Shown here: in pieces, positions 17,164-27,927 of the stretch | Layout of the letters: each line of letters begins with the position of its first letter | Numbering within the stretch: position 1 is the first letter of the stretch | NCBI GenBank assembly: GCA_017480145.1 | Contig: JAFVBF010000034.1 | Coordinates: 66,817-130,816 of the forward strand | Length of the DNA: 64,000 bases | Origin: Bacteroidales bacterium | GTDB taxonomy: Bacteria > Bacteroidota > Bacteroidia > Bacteroidales > P3 | Direction: 5' to 3' | Position numbers and translations under genes: made by a program | Notes under the pieces: generated by a model | What the model was told of the DNA's origin: nothing | Databases searched by the model: none | What the model saw: only the letters and a program-made list of their open reading frames with translations

Positions 17164-20130
17164 GTGGAGATTGACCTCGAAAAGCTGGTTACAATCAAGA
17201 CTAACCGCAACCGTGCTATTCGCAACGGGTCCAAAAGTTTCAGTTCCACACTTCTCTATAGCGAGCAGGATGGAGACCGTACATATTCAGTGCTGGGCAG
17301 CCCTAATCTGGGCAAAGTAAAGGTCATCATGATTGGCGTGCGCAACCCGCGAAAGAAAAATCTTGGCGATGCCAACGATATGCTTCCCAAATCAGCTATC
17401 GTCTGGGTCAATGAGCTTCGACTCACAGACTTCAACAACCACGGAGGATGGGCAGCGATGGCCTTAGCCAAGACTAATCTGGCCGACCTCGGCAATATTT
17501 CCTTATACGGCTCCTACACTAGTGCCGGATTCGGCAATTTGGAAGACAAATTAACGGGTCTCGAACTTGTCAACAACCTTAACCTCCAAACATCCCTCGA
17601 TCTCGAATTGAGCAAATTCCTGCCTGATGAGTGGGGGGTACGCATCCCTTTCTACATTGACCATACACGCCAGATAGGCAGTCCAGAATACAACCCCTTT
17701 GACCAAGATGTCAAACTATCTGATGATCTGGATACCTACGAGTCCTCCTCTGCACGAGACAGCATCAAAGACGCTGCCCGTGAGCAGAAAAAAGCCACTA
17801 ACCTCACCCTCACAAACATCCGCAAAGAGCGCGTCGGCGAAGCCGCACTCAAACCTCACTTCTACGACATTGAGAATTTCTCCATCTCCTACGCCTACAG
17901 TGGAGAACGTAACAGCGACGACGAAACCGAATACTTCAAGAAAAACCAGCACCGTGGCGGCCTCACATACAACTTCAGTACTCCTCAGCCCAAACAGTTT
18001 AAGCCCTTCGAGAAAAGCAAATTATTTTCCAGCAAACACTGGCGACTCCTCAAGGAGTTCAACCTCTACTACCAGCCGAAGAACGTCAGCTTCTCCACCG
18101 AACTCTTCCGTGACTATGAGGAAACCCTGCTCCGCAACAAGAGCCAGGCACTCATTATCATCAAGCCCACTTATTACAAACAATTCTCCCTACAGCGGAA
18201 TTATGGACTCCAATACGACCTCTCACGAGCCCTACGCATTCAATACTCAGCCAATGCCAACGCCCGTATTGACGAACCCGTGGGAGCCATCAACTCTGCC
18301 ACGCGCGATTCCATTTGGAGAGCACTCACCCATGGCGGAACCATGCAGAATTTCTCCCAAACCCTGAACCTCAACTGGGACATACCCATCAATAAATTAC
18401 CCTTCCTTGACTTCATCAAGACCCCATTGGTCTATCGCACCACCTACACTTTCCAAGGTGCCTCATTCGCCACACAGTCTCTCGGCAACACCCTCAACAG
18501 CAGCACGACCCTTCAGGCTACCGCATCTGCCAACCTACAAACCCTCTACAACAAGTCCAAACTCTTCAAAAAAGCACAGTCATACAACTTCCAAAACGAG
18601 GTTGACAAAATCCGAAATGTCAACAAGAATCATCAAGCACGCGGACGCAATGGTGCTCGCCGCAATGCAAAACAAGACACAGTCATCCTCACCAAGGCCC
18701 AACGCGACTCCATTGAACATCTCGTCCAACTAGAACGATGGAAAGCCGTCGGATATTTCGGTCTTCAACTCGTCTCCTGTATAAAAAATGTCACAGCACA
18801 ATACAGTACAACATCAGGCAACCGCCTGCCCGGCTTCATGGGTACCGCCACAATCGTAGGCCTCGACCCTAAAAACAGCTGGAACCCGGGGTTGGGATAC
18901 ACCACCGGATTTAACACCGATATCGCCTCCTCACTTGCCAACAAAGGGCTCCTCACCACCGACACCCTCATGAACACTCCACACGAAAACACCCTTAGCC
19001 GAACACTCTCCCTACAAGCCAGCGTCGAGCCCATCCGTGACATGAAAATAGAGTTCTCGTGTACCCAAAACTACAGTACCCGAGAAGAATACTACTATTA
19101 TTACATGTCAGACCTCGGCAAAGTTGACGGTCCTCTCTCTTACATCATGTCTGGAAATTACACAACCACCGTCTGGAGTTTTCGTACCGCCTTCTCCAAT
19201 TCAGACAAACTCTTTAGCCAATTCCTTGACAACCGCACCACAATCTCCTCCCGTCTGGCAGCCGCCAACCCTTCATCCTATACCCGACAGATGGTGCAAG
19301 ACACCCTTTCTGGACACTACTACAACGCCGGCTACAGTGGCAATAGCCAAGATGTCCTGCTTACATCCTTCCTCGCCACTTATTTAGGAAAAGACCCCTC
19401 ATCCTACGGTTTTTCTCCGTTCCTATCCTTTCCTTTGCCCAACTGGTCACTCAACTACACAGGACTAAACAAAATCAAATCACTCAAAAAAATATTCACA
19501 AACATATCTCTTTCACACAAATATAGTTCCACTTACACCATTAGCAATTTCTACACAGATGCAGCCGTGGCCAATCTTCCTAACTACGATTACGGAAGCG
19601 AAACCATCACTACTGCGTCTGGCGACTATATCCCACCCGTCAGCATGGATGCTGTTCAGATATCCGAACAGTTTAACCCGCTGATACGTCTCTCTATGTC
19701 GTTTGTCAACAGCCTACAGCTCAACTTCTCTATCCAGCGAAACCGTATGCTGGGCATGAGTTTTGCAAACAACCAGCTAACAGAAACCACCAGACGTGGT
19801 GTTACCCTGGGAGGCGGATACCGCATCAAGGATGTCGCTTTTGCCGTTAAGGCCAGCGGACGAACCATGAAATTTAAAAGCGACATCGTATTGCAACTCA
19901 ACCTCACCTATAATAGCAACATGACTAACATTCGAAAAATCAACCAGAACGTTAGTCAGATTTCATCAGGAAGTTCCGTTTGGATGATTGAATTGTCGGG
20001 GGAATATGCACTCTCCAGCACCCTCACCGCACGCCTTTTCTTCCAAACGAACATCAATACCCCCTACATTTCCAACTCCTATCCCAACTCCACTACAAAA
20101 GGAGGACTCACCATACGCTTCAGTTTTTAA
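17164..20130 (+). CDS. sprA: SprA, C-terminal 988 codons, in the same frame as 12937..17085. This is not an independent gene.
   Basis: 12937 and 17164 share the same codon phase. Codons 17086-17163 (YELPLQLTPWYTSADYSDQIWPRTNN) contain no stop. The combined length of about 2390 aa matches a full-length SprA. Confidence 0.8.
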   Translation: MEIDLEKLVTIKTNRNRAIRNGSKSFSSTLLYSEQDGDRTYSVLGSPNLGKVKVIMIGVRNPRKKNLGDANDMLPKSAIVWVNELRLTDFNNHGGWAAMALAKTNLADLGNISLYGSYTSAGFGNLEDKLTGLELVNNLNLQTSLDLELSKFLPDEWGVRIPFYIDHTRQIGSPEYNPFDQDVKLSDDLDTYESSSARDSIKDAAREQKKATNLTLTNIRKERVGEAALKPHFYDIENFSISYAYSGERNSDDETEYFKKNQHRGGLTYNFSTPQPKQFKPFEKSKLFSSKHWRLLKEFNLYYQPKNVSFSTELFRDYEETLLRNKSQALIIIKPTYYKQFSLQRNYGLQYDLSRALRIQYSANANARIDEPVGAINSATRDSIWRALTHGGTMQNFSQTLNLNWDIPINKLPFLDFIKTPLVYRTTYTFQGASFATQSLGNTLNSSTTLQATASANLQTLYNKSKLFKKAQSYNFQNEVDKIRNVNKNHQARGRNGARRNAKQDTVILTKAQRDSIEHLVQLERWKAVGYFGLQLVSCIKNVTAQYSTTSGNRLPGFMGTATIVGLDPKNSWNPGLGYTTGFNTDIASSLANKGLLTTDTLMNTPHENTLSRTLSLQASVEPIRDMKIEFSCTQNYSTREEYYYYYMSDLGKVDGPLSYIMSGNYTTTVWSFRTAFSNSDKLFSQFLDNRTTISSRLAAANPSSYTRQMVQDTLSGHYYNAGYSGNSQDVLLTSFLATYLGKDPSSYGFSPFLSFPLPNWSLNYTGLNKIKSLKKIFTNISLSHKYSSTYTISNFYTDAAVANLPNYDYGSETITTASGDYIPPVSMDAVQISEQFNPLIRLSMSFVNSLQLNFSIQRNRMLGMSFANNQLTETTRRGVTLGGGYRIKDVAFAVKASGRTMKFKSDIVLQLNLTYNSNMTNIRKINQNVSQISSGSSVWMIELSGEYALSSTLTARLFFQTNINTPYISNSYPNSTTKGGLTIRFSF

Positions 20131-20174
20131 CACACTCACTTTAAAAAGATTGCAAACATCTATATTTTAGTACC

Positions 20175-21545
20175 ATGACAAACAACTTTAAGAAAGACGA
20201 TGACGAAGAAATGCGCGAACTGGTACTGGCCTACGAGACCTCGGTCAAGGAAGGCAGCCACCGTTACTTCGATGTTGACGAGATGGAAATTGTCATTGAC
20301 TACTATTTAGAAAATACCGACATAGAACACCTCGAAGAAGCAGTATGCTATGCCGAACGCCTTTTCCCCGATGCCACCAGCATTCGCCTGCGGCGTTCCC
20401 ACCTGCTTTGCACCCAAGGACTTTTCGACAAAGCGCTTCCAATCCTGCGAGAACTGGTTCGCCTCGAACCCGATAATACCGATGTCCACTATGCCCTCGG
20501 AGCCATCTATAGCACCATGGGGCAACCCAAAAAGGCCATTCAGCACTATCTTCTCGCAGCCAAGGACAAATACTGTCTTGACACCATTTATGGCAATGTG
20601 GCCGATGAATACCGAAATTTAGAACGACTCGAAGAGGCCATTCACTACTATAAGAAGGCCCTGTCCGTCAATCCCACTGAAGAACGCTCGCTACAGAACA
20701 TCGTATTCACATTCGACATCAGCAACCGACTGAAGGACGGCGAAAAATATTTCTCTGATATGGTGGAACGACACCCCTACAACCACCAAGCCTGGTGCGC
20801 CCTCGGGTTCATCTACTTCTACCTCGGCCTCTATGAAAAAGCCATTGATGCCCAAGAATACGCCATTGCCATAGACAAAACATTCTACGATGCCTATAGC
20901 TGCATCGCCAACTGCCACATGGCCATGAACGAGCCTGGAAAAGCAGCCACAACGCTTCTGGAATCCATCCCCTATGCTGAGACTCCGGAACTGATTTACT
21001 CTTCCATCGGATCCATATACCACGATATAGGCAACCTTCCTACGGCTGTAATTTATTTTCGTAAAGCATTGCAGATAGACCCGAATATGGGCGATGCACT
21101 GCGCGGCATTGCTTTCTGCTACGATGCCATGGGAGACCACGGCACCGCATCCACATACATTGAGCGAGCCATAGACTCCAATCCTCCGCTGGCCGAATTT
21201 CATCACGACGCAGCCATCATTCAGTCCTGCAACGACATTGAGGCCGCTGTCAAACATTTTGAAACCGCACTCGACATAGACAACACCCACGATGAATACT
21301 GGATTGACTACGCACTTTTCCTCTACGCATTGAAAGAATATGAACAATCCCTTACCCTAATGGAGGCTGGGGTGGAGTCGGCCAACGAACCCACCCGCTT
21401 CCAAGCCGTCATGGCAGCCTGCCATTTCATGCTGGGACATCTAAAGGCTTTCTCCGAAATAGCCATTACAGCACAGGAGCAATGGGACGACTGGAAGGAA
21501 ATGTTCTTGCACCTATGTCCCGATGCAGAGCCCTACCTTCCTTAG
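20175..21545 (+). CDS. Tetratricopeptide-repeat protein
   Basis: 456 aa with repeated 34-residue A/Y/L patterns, for example AIHYYKKALSVNP and AVIYFRKALQIDP. Confidence 0.8.
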   Translation: MTNNFKKDDDEEMRELVLAYETSVKEGSHRYFDVDEMEIVIDYYLENTDIEHLEEAVCYAERLFPDATSIRLRRSHLLCTQGLFDKALPILRELVRLEPDNTDVHYALGAIYSTMGQPKKAIQHYLLAAKDKYCLDTIYGNVADEYRNLERLEEAIHYYKKALSVNPTEERSLQNIVFTFDISNRLKDGEKYFSDMVERHPYNHQAWCALGFIYFYLGLYEKAIDAQEYAIAIDKTFYDAYSCIANCHMAMNEPGKAATTLLESIPYAETPELIYSSIGSIYHDIGNLPTAVIYFRKALQIDPNMGDALRGIAFCYDAMGDHGTASTYIERAIDSNPPLAEFHHDAAIIQSCNDIEAAVKHFETALDIDNTHDEYWIDYALFLYALKEYEQSLTLMEAGVESANEPTRFQAVMAACHFMLGHLKAFSEIAITAQEQWDDWKEMFLHLCPDAEPYLP

Positions 21546-21591
21546 CACAAAGAATCGTGTCACGACGCCAAGTTACACCCATTACATCAAT

Positions 21592-22359
21592 ATGAGAAAG
21601 ATTTTATTCGCAATCCTTTGCATTTTCCTCTGCACTACAATATCGGCTCAATCAAGTACCGACACAACATCCTCCTTAGGAGTGGCTGAGCAGGTGCGTG
21701 GCACCGATGAATCCTCTACAGGCTTTGTCGCCGATATACTCCGCTGGTACGATGCACACATGAACTACACTGCTGTGGGTGTTCTGATGATGGTGGAAAG
21801 TTCCTTCATCCCCTTTCCATCCGAGGTTGTCATTCCCCCCGCTGTCTACGTAGCCAGCAATCCCGAAAGCGCTGGAGGCATGAACATTTGGATGATTATT
21901 TTGTTTGGAACACTCGGAGCCATGCTCGGAGCCTTTATCAACTACTACCTCTCGCGATGGCTGGGACGTCCCATCGTCTATGCATTCGTCGAGAGCCGTA
22001 TAGGACACCTACTGATGCTCAACGGTGAGAAAATGGAGAAAGCCGAAGAGTACTTCAACAAGCATGGAAATATTTCCACCTTCATCGGACGTTTGGTGCC
22101 TGTGGTCAGGCAGCTCATCTCCATTCCTGCTGGACTCTCTAAAATGAATGTAGCCAGCTTCACACTCTACACCTTCATGGGTGCGGCCCTATGGAACTGC
22201 ATCCTGGCTTTACTCGGCTATCTGGCCTATCAGGCTGCCGACCCAACCATAATAGAGCGCTATAGCCATATACTTTCCATCATCATCCTCGTACTACTGG
22301 CCGTAGCAGGCCTATGGATTGTGCTACGCATTGTGCGAAAGAACAAAGCCCACAAATGA
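21592..22359 (+). CDS. DedA/VTT-family membrane protein
   Basis: The start is trimmed to MRKILFAIL, because the ORF from 21523 overlaps the TPR gene. SSFIPFPSEVVIPPAVYVA and FIGRLVPVVRQLISIPAG are typical DedA motifs. Confidence 0.8.
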   Translation: MRKILFAILCIFLCTTISAQSSTDTTSSLGVAEQVRGTDESSTGFVADILRWYDAHMNYTAVGVLMMVESSFIPFPSEVVIPPAVYVASNPESAGGMNIWMIILFGTLGAMLGAFINYYLSRWLGRPIVYAFVESRIGHLLMLNGEKMEKAEEYFNKHGNISTFIGRLVPVVRQLISIPAGLSKMNVASFTLYTFMGAALWNCILALLGYLAYQAADPTIIERYSHILSIIILVLLAVAGLWIVLRIVRKNKAHK

Positions 22360-22376
22360 CCTCTTTCGAATCAATA

Positions 22377-22493
22377 ATGCGCCGCAAAGAGCGCCCTCTT
22401 CCCAAAACTGGTTGCAGCATTGCTTTCTACCTCATGTTGACCATTATGGCTATTGCCATCCTCATCGTTTTTTTCATATATAAACATCAATAA
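22377..22493 (+). CDS. Possible 38-aa single-pass membrane peptide
   Basis: ATG..TAA ORF below the track cutoff: MRRKERPLPKTGCSIAFYLMLTIMAIAILIVFFIYKHQ. It has a basic N-terminus and one hydrophobic helix, and it exactly fills the dedA-sufS gap. Confidence 0.3.
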   Translation: MRRKERPLPKTGCSIAFYLMLTIMAIAILIVFFIYKHQ

Positions 22494-22499
22494 GCCCCC

Positions 22500-23690
22500 A
22501 TGCTACGCGAACAATTTCCAATACTGAACACCTCCGTTTACGGACACCCATTGGTTTATCTGGATAATGCGGCAACAACACAAAAACCATTGACCGTAAT
22601 CAACGCTATTGACGACTATTACAAAACCCTGAACAGCAACATCCATCGCGGAGTGCATCACTTGGCCGCCGCCGCCACCGAACTCCACGAGCAGACCCGA
22701 CGCAAGGTACAGCACTTCCTTAATGCTCGTCACAGCCACGAGATAGTATTCACCCGTGGAACTACCGAGAGCATCAATTTAGTGGCCTCGTCCTTTGGCA
22801 AACGATACATTCAGCCAGGCGACGAAGTCATTGTAAGCGGCATGGAACACCACTCCAACATTGTCCCATGGCAACTCACTGGGGCAACACTTCGCCCAAT
22901 ACCTTTCTCCGATGAGGGAGTCCTTGACATAGACGCATTTAGCTCACTCTTCAACAATCGTACACGTATTGTAGCCGTAAACCACGTTTCCAACACTCTG
23001 GGGACTATCAACCCAGTGAAAGAAATTGTCCGCATAGCCCACGAACACGGCGTCCCAACTTTGATAGATGGTGCACAGTCTGTTGCCCATATGCGTGCCG
23101 ACGTGCAGGATATCGGGTGCGACTTTTACTGTTTCTCCGGACACAAGATGTACGCCCCCATGGGAATTGGCGTACTTTATGGGAGAGAAGAGATGCTTCA
23201 GGAACTGCCTCCTTACCAAGGCGGTGGAGAGATGATAAAGGATGTCACATTCGAACGCACCACTTACAATGAGCTCCCCTTCAAATTCGAGGCTGGAACC
23301 CCATCCGTAGGCGACACGCTGGGCTTGTCTTCCGCCATTGATTTCATCGAAAGTATTGGCATTGACAACATTGCAGCACACGAAAACCAACTGCTGACTT
23401 ATGCTACCAGCCAACTCCTTCAGATCGAACGAAGCCGAATCTATGGTTCCGCACCAAACAAGGCTGCCGTCCTTTCCTTCCTCATCGGGAAGGCCCACCC
23501 CTACGACATCGGAACACTCCTTGACAAACTTGGCATTGCCGTACGCACAGGCCATCACTGCACGCAGCCCATCATGGACCGCTATGGGATTTCTGGCACC
23601 GTGCGAGTCTCTTTTGCGCTCTACAACACCCGAGAAGAGGTGGACATCCTCATCAAAGCACTCCAACGCATCGCGCCAATGTTAGACTAA
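22500..23690 (+). CDS. sufS: Cysteine desulfurase, SufS-like class V aminotransferase
   Basis: PLP-lysine context FSGHKMYAPMGIG and catalytic Cys context RTGHHCTQP. 396 aa. Confidence 0.85.
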   Translation: MLREQFPILNTSVYGHPLVYLDNAATTQKPLTVINAIDDYYKTLNSNIHRGVHHLAAAATELHEQTRRKVQHFLNARHSHEIVFTRGTTESINLVASSFGKRYIQPGDEVIVSGMEHHSNIVPWQLTGATLRPIPFSDEGVLDIDAFSSLFNNRTRIVAVNHVSNTLGTINPVKEIVRIAHEHGVPTLIDGAQSVAHMRADVQDIGCDFYCFSGHKMYAPMGIGVLYGREEMLQELPPYQGGGEMIKDVTFERTTYNELPFKFEAGTPSVGDTLGLSSAIDFIESIGIDNIAAHENQLLTYATSQLLQIERSRIYGSAPNKAAVLSFLIGKAHPYDIGTLLDKLGIAVRTGHHCTQPIMDRYGISGTVRVSFALYNTREEVDILIKALQRIAPMLD

Positions 23691-23735
23691 TCTTAGCCCA
23701 CCCTTTAGAACGACATTTCTTCACAAGCAAGCATC

Positions 23736-25403
23736 ATGCTGAACCACTTACACATAGAAAACTACGCCCTCATACAGCAAACCGACATTGACATCAACAA
23801 AGGTTTTGTCGTCATCACTGGAGAGACTGGCGCAGGAAAATCCATCATCCTGGGTGCTCTCGCCCTGCTGATAGGCCAACGTGCCGACATCCAATCTCTG
23901 GGCGACAAGGAGCGTAAATGCATTGTTGAAGCCCAGTTCGACCTCTCAGGACTTGACCTGCAACCCATCTTTCAAGAGCAAGACATCGACTACGATGACA
24001 CCCTGCTCCTACGGCGCGAGATACTCCCGTCGGGCAAATCCCGTGCCTTTGTCAATGACACCCCGGTACAGCTGTCTACGATGAAGGCGATTGGCGACCG
24101 ACTGGTAGACATCCATTCCCAGCACCAAACCATTACCCTGACTGGTAGCACATTCCAAACCCAGCTGCTGGACAACATTGCCAATGCTAATGATGTCGCC
24201 CTCGAATACAAGAATGCCTACACCCGCTATGCATCGCTGAAACGACAATTAGAACAACTCACTGCTCAAGAAGCACAGAATCGCAAAGAGCAAGACTACC
24301 TACAATTTCTTTTTGATGAACTACAAGGAGCTCATCTGCAAGAAGACGAGCAGCCCGAACTCGAAGCAGAAGCAGAACTTCTGAACCACACCGAGACCAT
24401 CAAGCAGGCTCTGGCAACAGTTGCCGACCTCTGCGACAACGAGGAAGGTGGCGTTGTGGCACGATTAGTGAATGCCAAAGGGCAGCTGAACCATATCGCA
24501 GTATTCCACAAGGAACTGCCCCCAATAGAGGAACGTATAGAGTCTTCCCTCATCGAGCTGAGAGACATTCTAAGCGAGATTGCCAGCATCGACGACCGCC
24601 TACAGTACTCTTCTGAGCGCCAACAAGAAGTCAACGAACGATTAGACCTCATCTATCGTTTAGAGAAAAAACACGCAGTTTCTTCCACTTCCGAACTTTT
24701 ATCCCTCCAGCAGGAATTAGAACTGAAACTGGATAATATGGACAGCATTGCCCAGCAGATAGAGCAAGTAATGGAAGCCGTAGACAAAGCCTATTCGCAG
24801 ATGCAGCAACAGTCCGAATTGCTGACTGCCAAACGCACTGAGGCGGCACGCCTACTGGAGCAAGCCATAATTCCTACCCTTGCCGAGCTGGGCATGAAAG
24901 ACTCTCGCCTTCAGGTCTCTGTCAGCCCTGCTGCCGACTACGGTCCCTCCGGACACGATGCCATCGTATTCCTTTTCAACGCCAATCGAGGAGGAGAACT
25001 ACAAGAGCTATCAAAAGTGGCTTCCGGAGGCGAACTGTCCCGCATCATGTTAGCCATCAAGGCTATCAACAGCACCACAAACCGTAAGCCAACGCCCACC
25101 ATCATCTTCGACGAGATTGACACTGGAGTATCTGGCGACATATCCATTGCCGTCGGTGCCATGATGCACCGAATGACAATAAACACTCAAGTCATTGCCA
25201 TCACCCACCTGCCACAGATAGCAGCAAAGGCCAGTCAGCATTTTAAGGTCAGCAAGGCCGTCAATGCAGAGACCGACCGTACCATCTCGCACATGACCGA
25301 ACTATCCCCCGAACAACGCATCAGAGAGATAGCCGTCATGTTGTCGTCCAACCCTCCTACACAAGCCGCCCTTCTGACGGCCCAAGAGCTGATGAAACAA
25401 TAG
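23736..25403 (+). CDS. recN: DNA repair protein RecN
   Basis: N-terminus MLNHLHIENYALI...VITGETGAGKSI. Long coiled coil. C-terminus ASGGELSRIMLAIK and IFDEIDTGVSG. Confidence 0.93.
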   Translation: MLNHLHIENYALIQQTDIDINKGFVVITGETGAGKSIILGALALLIGQRADIQSLGDKERKCIVEAQFDLSGLDLQPIFQEQDIDYDDTLLLRREILPSGKSRAFVNDTPVQLSTMKAIGDRLVDIHSQHQTITLTGSTFQTQLLDNIANANDVALEYKNAYTRYASLKRQLEQLTAQEAQNRKEQDYLQFLFDELQGAHLQEDEQPELEAEAELLNHTETIKQALATVADLCDNEEGGVVARLVNAKGQLNHIAVFHKELPPIEERIESSLIELRDILSEIASIDDRLQYSSERQQEVNERLDLIYRLEKKHAVSSTSELLSLQQELELKLDNMDSIAQQIEQVMEAVDKAYSQMQQQSELLTAKRTEAARLLEQAIIPTLAELGMKDSRLQVSVSPAADYGPSGHDAIVFLFNANRGGELQELSKVASGGELSRIMLAIKAINSTTNRKPTPTIIFDEIDTGVSGDISIAVGAMMHRMTINTQVIAITHLPQIAAKASQHFKVSKAVNAETDRTISHMTELSPEQRIREIAVMLSSNPPTQAALLTAQELMKQ

Positions 25404-25424
25404 TCCGCCTGTACCCCCATACAA

Positions 25425-27155
25425 ATGAATACCACCACACGAATCCTTTTGACAATCTCGGCCGTGCTCCTCTGCCTACAGGCAAAGACTCAAAACTTCC
25501 CCAAAGATTATTTTCTCCCGCCAATGAAGATCGACCCCTCATTGTCGGCCACTTTTGGAGAAATCAGAGCCAACCATTTCCACAGCGGCCTTGACATGCG
25601 CACCGGAGGCGAAATCGGACAGCCAATCTATGCACCCGCTGACGGATACGTGAGCCGAATCAAAGTTTCTCCCTGGGGAGGTGGCAAAACCCTTTACATT
25701 GACCACCCCAACGGATTTCGCACCGTCTATATGCACCTAAATGATTTCTGCGACAAGATTGGCGAATGGGTATATAACTATCAGTATAGCCACCACTGCT
25801 TTGACTTCGACACCAACATAGCTCCCGGGCTGCTGCCCATCTCCCAAGGTCAGGTTGTGGCTCATTCTGGCAATACGGGGGGGTCTGGGGGTCCTCACCT
25901 GCACTACGAAATACGCTATGCCCACAACGACCAGACCATTAACGCACAACTCTTCGGGCTCCACGTACCCGACGGAGTACCACCCGTCATCAAGGGCATA
26001 CGCATCTACCCTGCCAACAGAACCACCCGCATCAATGGCAAGAACGAACCCCTCGAACTATTAACTTCACAACGCATCAAAGGTCAAAAAAAACCTCGTC
26101 CTGTAACACTTTCACCCACCGTGGATGGGGCATTCTTCCTCGGCATCCACACAACCGACCAAAGCGAATCCTACCACGGCAACAACGGCATCTATTCTAT
26201 CAAACTCTACATCGATGGCAACCTCGCCTACAGCTACACCATGCAGACCTTTCGTTTTGAAGACACGCGTGCCGTCAATGCACTCATGGACTATCAGCAC
26301 TACTGCACACACCGACAGCCCTACATCCTCACCCGCTCAGTCCCCTACATGCCTGCAACCGTAGCCCAGCTATCCAATGGAGACAAAACATTCTATCTCT
26401 CCCCAGGCACCCATACCCTAAAATACGAGGTTGCCGACTTCAATGGCAACAAAGCATCAAAAAGTTTCACGCTGAAAACTCCCAGCAACCAGCAACCCAA
26501 TCATCAGCCCAAAACACCACCTCCATGCCGTCAGGACCAAATTCTACAATGCGACCTCTACCAACTTGAGGTTCCTGCACAAGCCCTATACACCGACGAC
26601 AGCGTCACCCTTCGCCTGTCAGGCGACCAAGTCACAGTAATGCCCACTTCCGAAATAGGATTCACCTACCCGACGCCACCCCATGTGTCCTACACATTGC
26701 GCTTACCATTGCTCAACGCAGCCAACCTAACCTACCACAATCCTCGTCAAATACTATTCCTACGCCTCGCCGGGAAAAAAAGAATACCTTTGGCAACCCA
26801 GCAATGCAACGAATGGCTGGAGTGCCACCCGCGCGATTTTGGCACCTTTATATTGGCAGTAGACACCCTCCCGCCAACCATACATCAGCCCAGAAACATG
26901 GTTGCCACACCAGGCAGAACCCTGGTCTTCCGCATCGGAGACGACCTTTCAGGAGTCGAGAGCTACAGTTGCTACCTCAACGGCAAATGGATTCTTGCTG
27001 AATACGACGGCAAAACCTCATCCATATCCATTTGCCTGCCAGCAGGACAACAAGCCTACGGCTATCCCGAACTCCAATCCTCCAACAATGTGCTATCCAT
27101 AGTCCTAACCGATCTCTGTGGCAACGTCACCGCCAAAGAATTCCACCTACAGTAA
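25425..27155 (+). CDS. M23-family metallopeptidase with a long C-terminal extension
   Basis: Signal peptide. Motifs HFHSGLDMRT and GGPHLHYEIR (HxxxD / HxH). 576 aa. Confidence 0.85.
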   Translation: MNTTTRILLTISAVLLCLQAKTQNFPKDYFLPPMKIDPSLSATFGEIRANHFHSGLDMRTGGEIGQPIYAPADGYVSRIKVSPWGGGKTLYIDHPNGFRTVYMHLNDFCDKIGEWVYNYQYSHHCFDFDTNIAPGLLPISQGQVVAHSGNTGGSGGPHLHYEIRYAHNDQTINAQLFGLHVPDGVPPVIKGIRIYPANRTTRINGKNEPLELLTSQRIKGQKKPRPVTLSPTVDGAFFLGIHTTDQSESYHGNNGIYSIKLYIDGNLAYSYTMQTFRFEDTRAVNALMDYQHYCTHRQPYILTRSVPYMPATVAQLSNGDKTFYLSPGTHTLKYEVADFNGNKASKSFTLKTPSNQQPNHQPKTPPPCRQDQILQCDLYQLEVPAQALYTDDSVTLRLSGDQVTVMPTSEIGFTYPTPPHVSYTLRLPLLNAANLTYHNPRQILFLRLAGKKRIPLATQQCNEWLECHPRDFGTFILAVDTLPPTIHQPRNMVATPGRTLVFRIGDDLSGVESYSCYLNGKWILAEYDGKTSSISICLPAGQQAYGYPELQSSNNVLSIVLTDLCGNVTAKEFHLQ

Positions 27156-27266
27156 CCAGCAGCACCAACAAGAGACTCATCCTCTACTCATAGCCAGCCA
27201 TTACAAAAGCCTAATAAACAACACAGCCAATCCAAATAATAAATTTCACCGGAAGCCCCCCCCTCA

Positions 27267-27794
27267 ATGCGAATTTACCTCATAGGTTATATGTACTGTG
27301 GGAAAACCACCATAGGCAAAAAACTGGCCAATAGCCTCGGCTGGCAATTCATAGACATCGATCAACTCATCGAGGAGCGCTACCGTACAAGCATACCCCT
27401 TTTTTTTCAACACTACGGAGAGCCGCTATTCCGACAGATTGAGACCCAAACACTCCATGAAACCAAGCAAGTAGAAAATGCTGTAATAAGTACGGGAGGT
27501 GGTACACCCTGCCACAACAACAATATGGAGTGGATCAATCAGCACGGAACATCCATATTTCTCTCGCTCAATGCCGAAAACATATACTCTCGCATGAAAG
27601 CGTCGCACAAACACCGTCCTATATTAGCATCCATACCCGAGCAACAACGATACCCATTCATTCAACAGCAACTGGCCCAACGTCTGCCCCACTACGCTCA
27701 AGCCCGACACACTCTGATAATAGACCAGACACCACCCACAGAAATAATCAAGTCCATTTACGAAATCATCAATTCCGACGCCCAACTTTCATAA
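27267..27794 (+). CDS. aroK: Shikimate kinase
   Basis: Walker A GYMYCGKTTIGKKLA, followed by DIDQLIEER..., GGG. 175 aa. Confidence 0.88.
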   Translation: MRIYLIGYMYCGKTTIGKKLANSLGWQFIDIDQLIEERYRTSIPLFFQHYGEPLFRQIETQTLHETKQVENAVISTGGGTPCHNNNMEWINQHGTSIFLSLNAENIYSRMKASHKHRPILASIPEQQRYPFIQQQLAQRLPHYAQARHTLIIDQTPPTEIIKSIYEIINSDAQLS

Positions 27795-27853
27795 TGAAAG
27801 TTAAAATACAAATATTCCAACAACAAACACACCGCCATCTAAAAAATTTAGCC

Positions 27854-27861
27854 TATCTTTG
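27854..27861 (+). promoter_or_regulatory. -7 box (TATCTTTG) upstream of rpsO
   Basis: Exact TAnnTTTG match, 66 nt upstream of the rpsO ATG. Confidence 0.5.
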
Positions 27862-27927
27862 CATCATCCTTTAACGATTAGGAGAAAGAGGAAAACATTT
27901 ATAATCATCAAATACACAGCATTTAAT

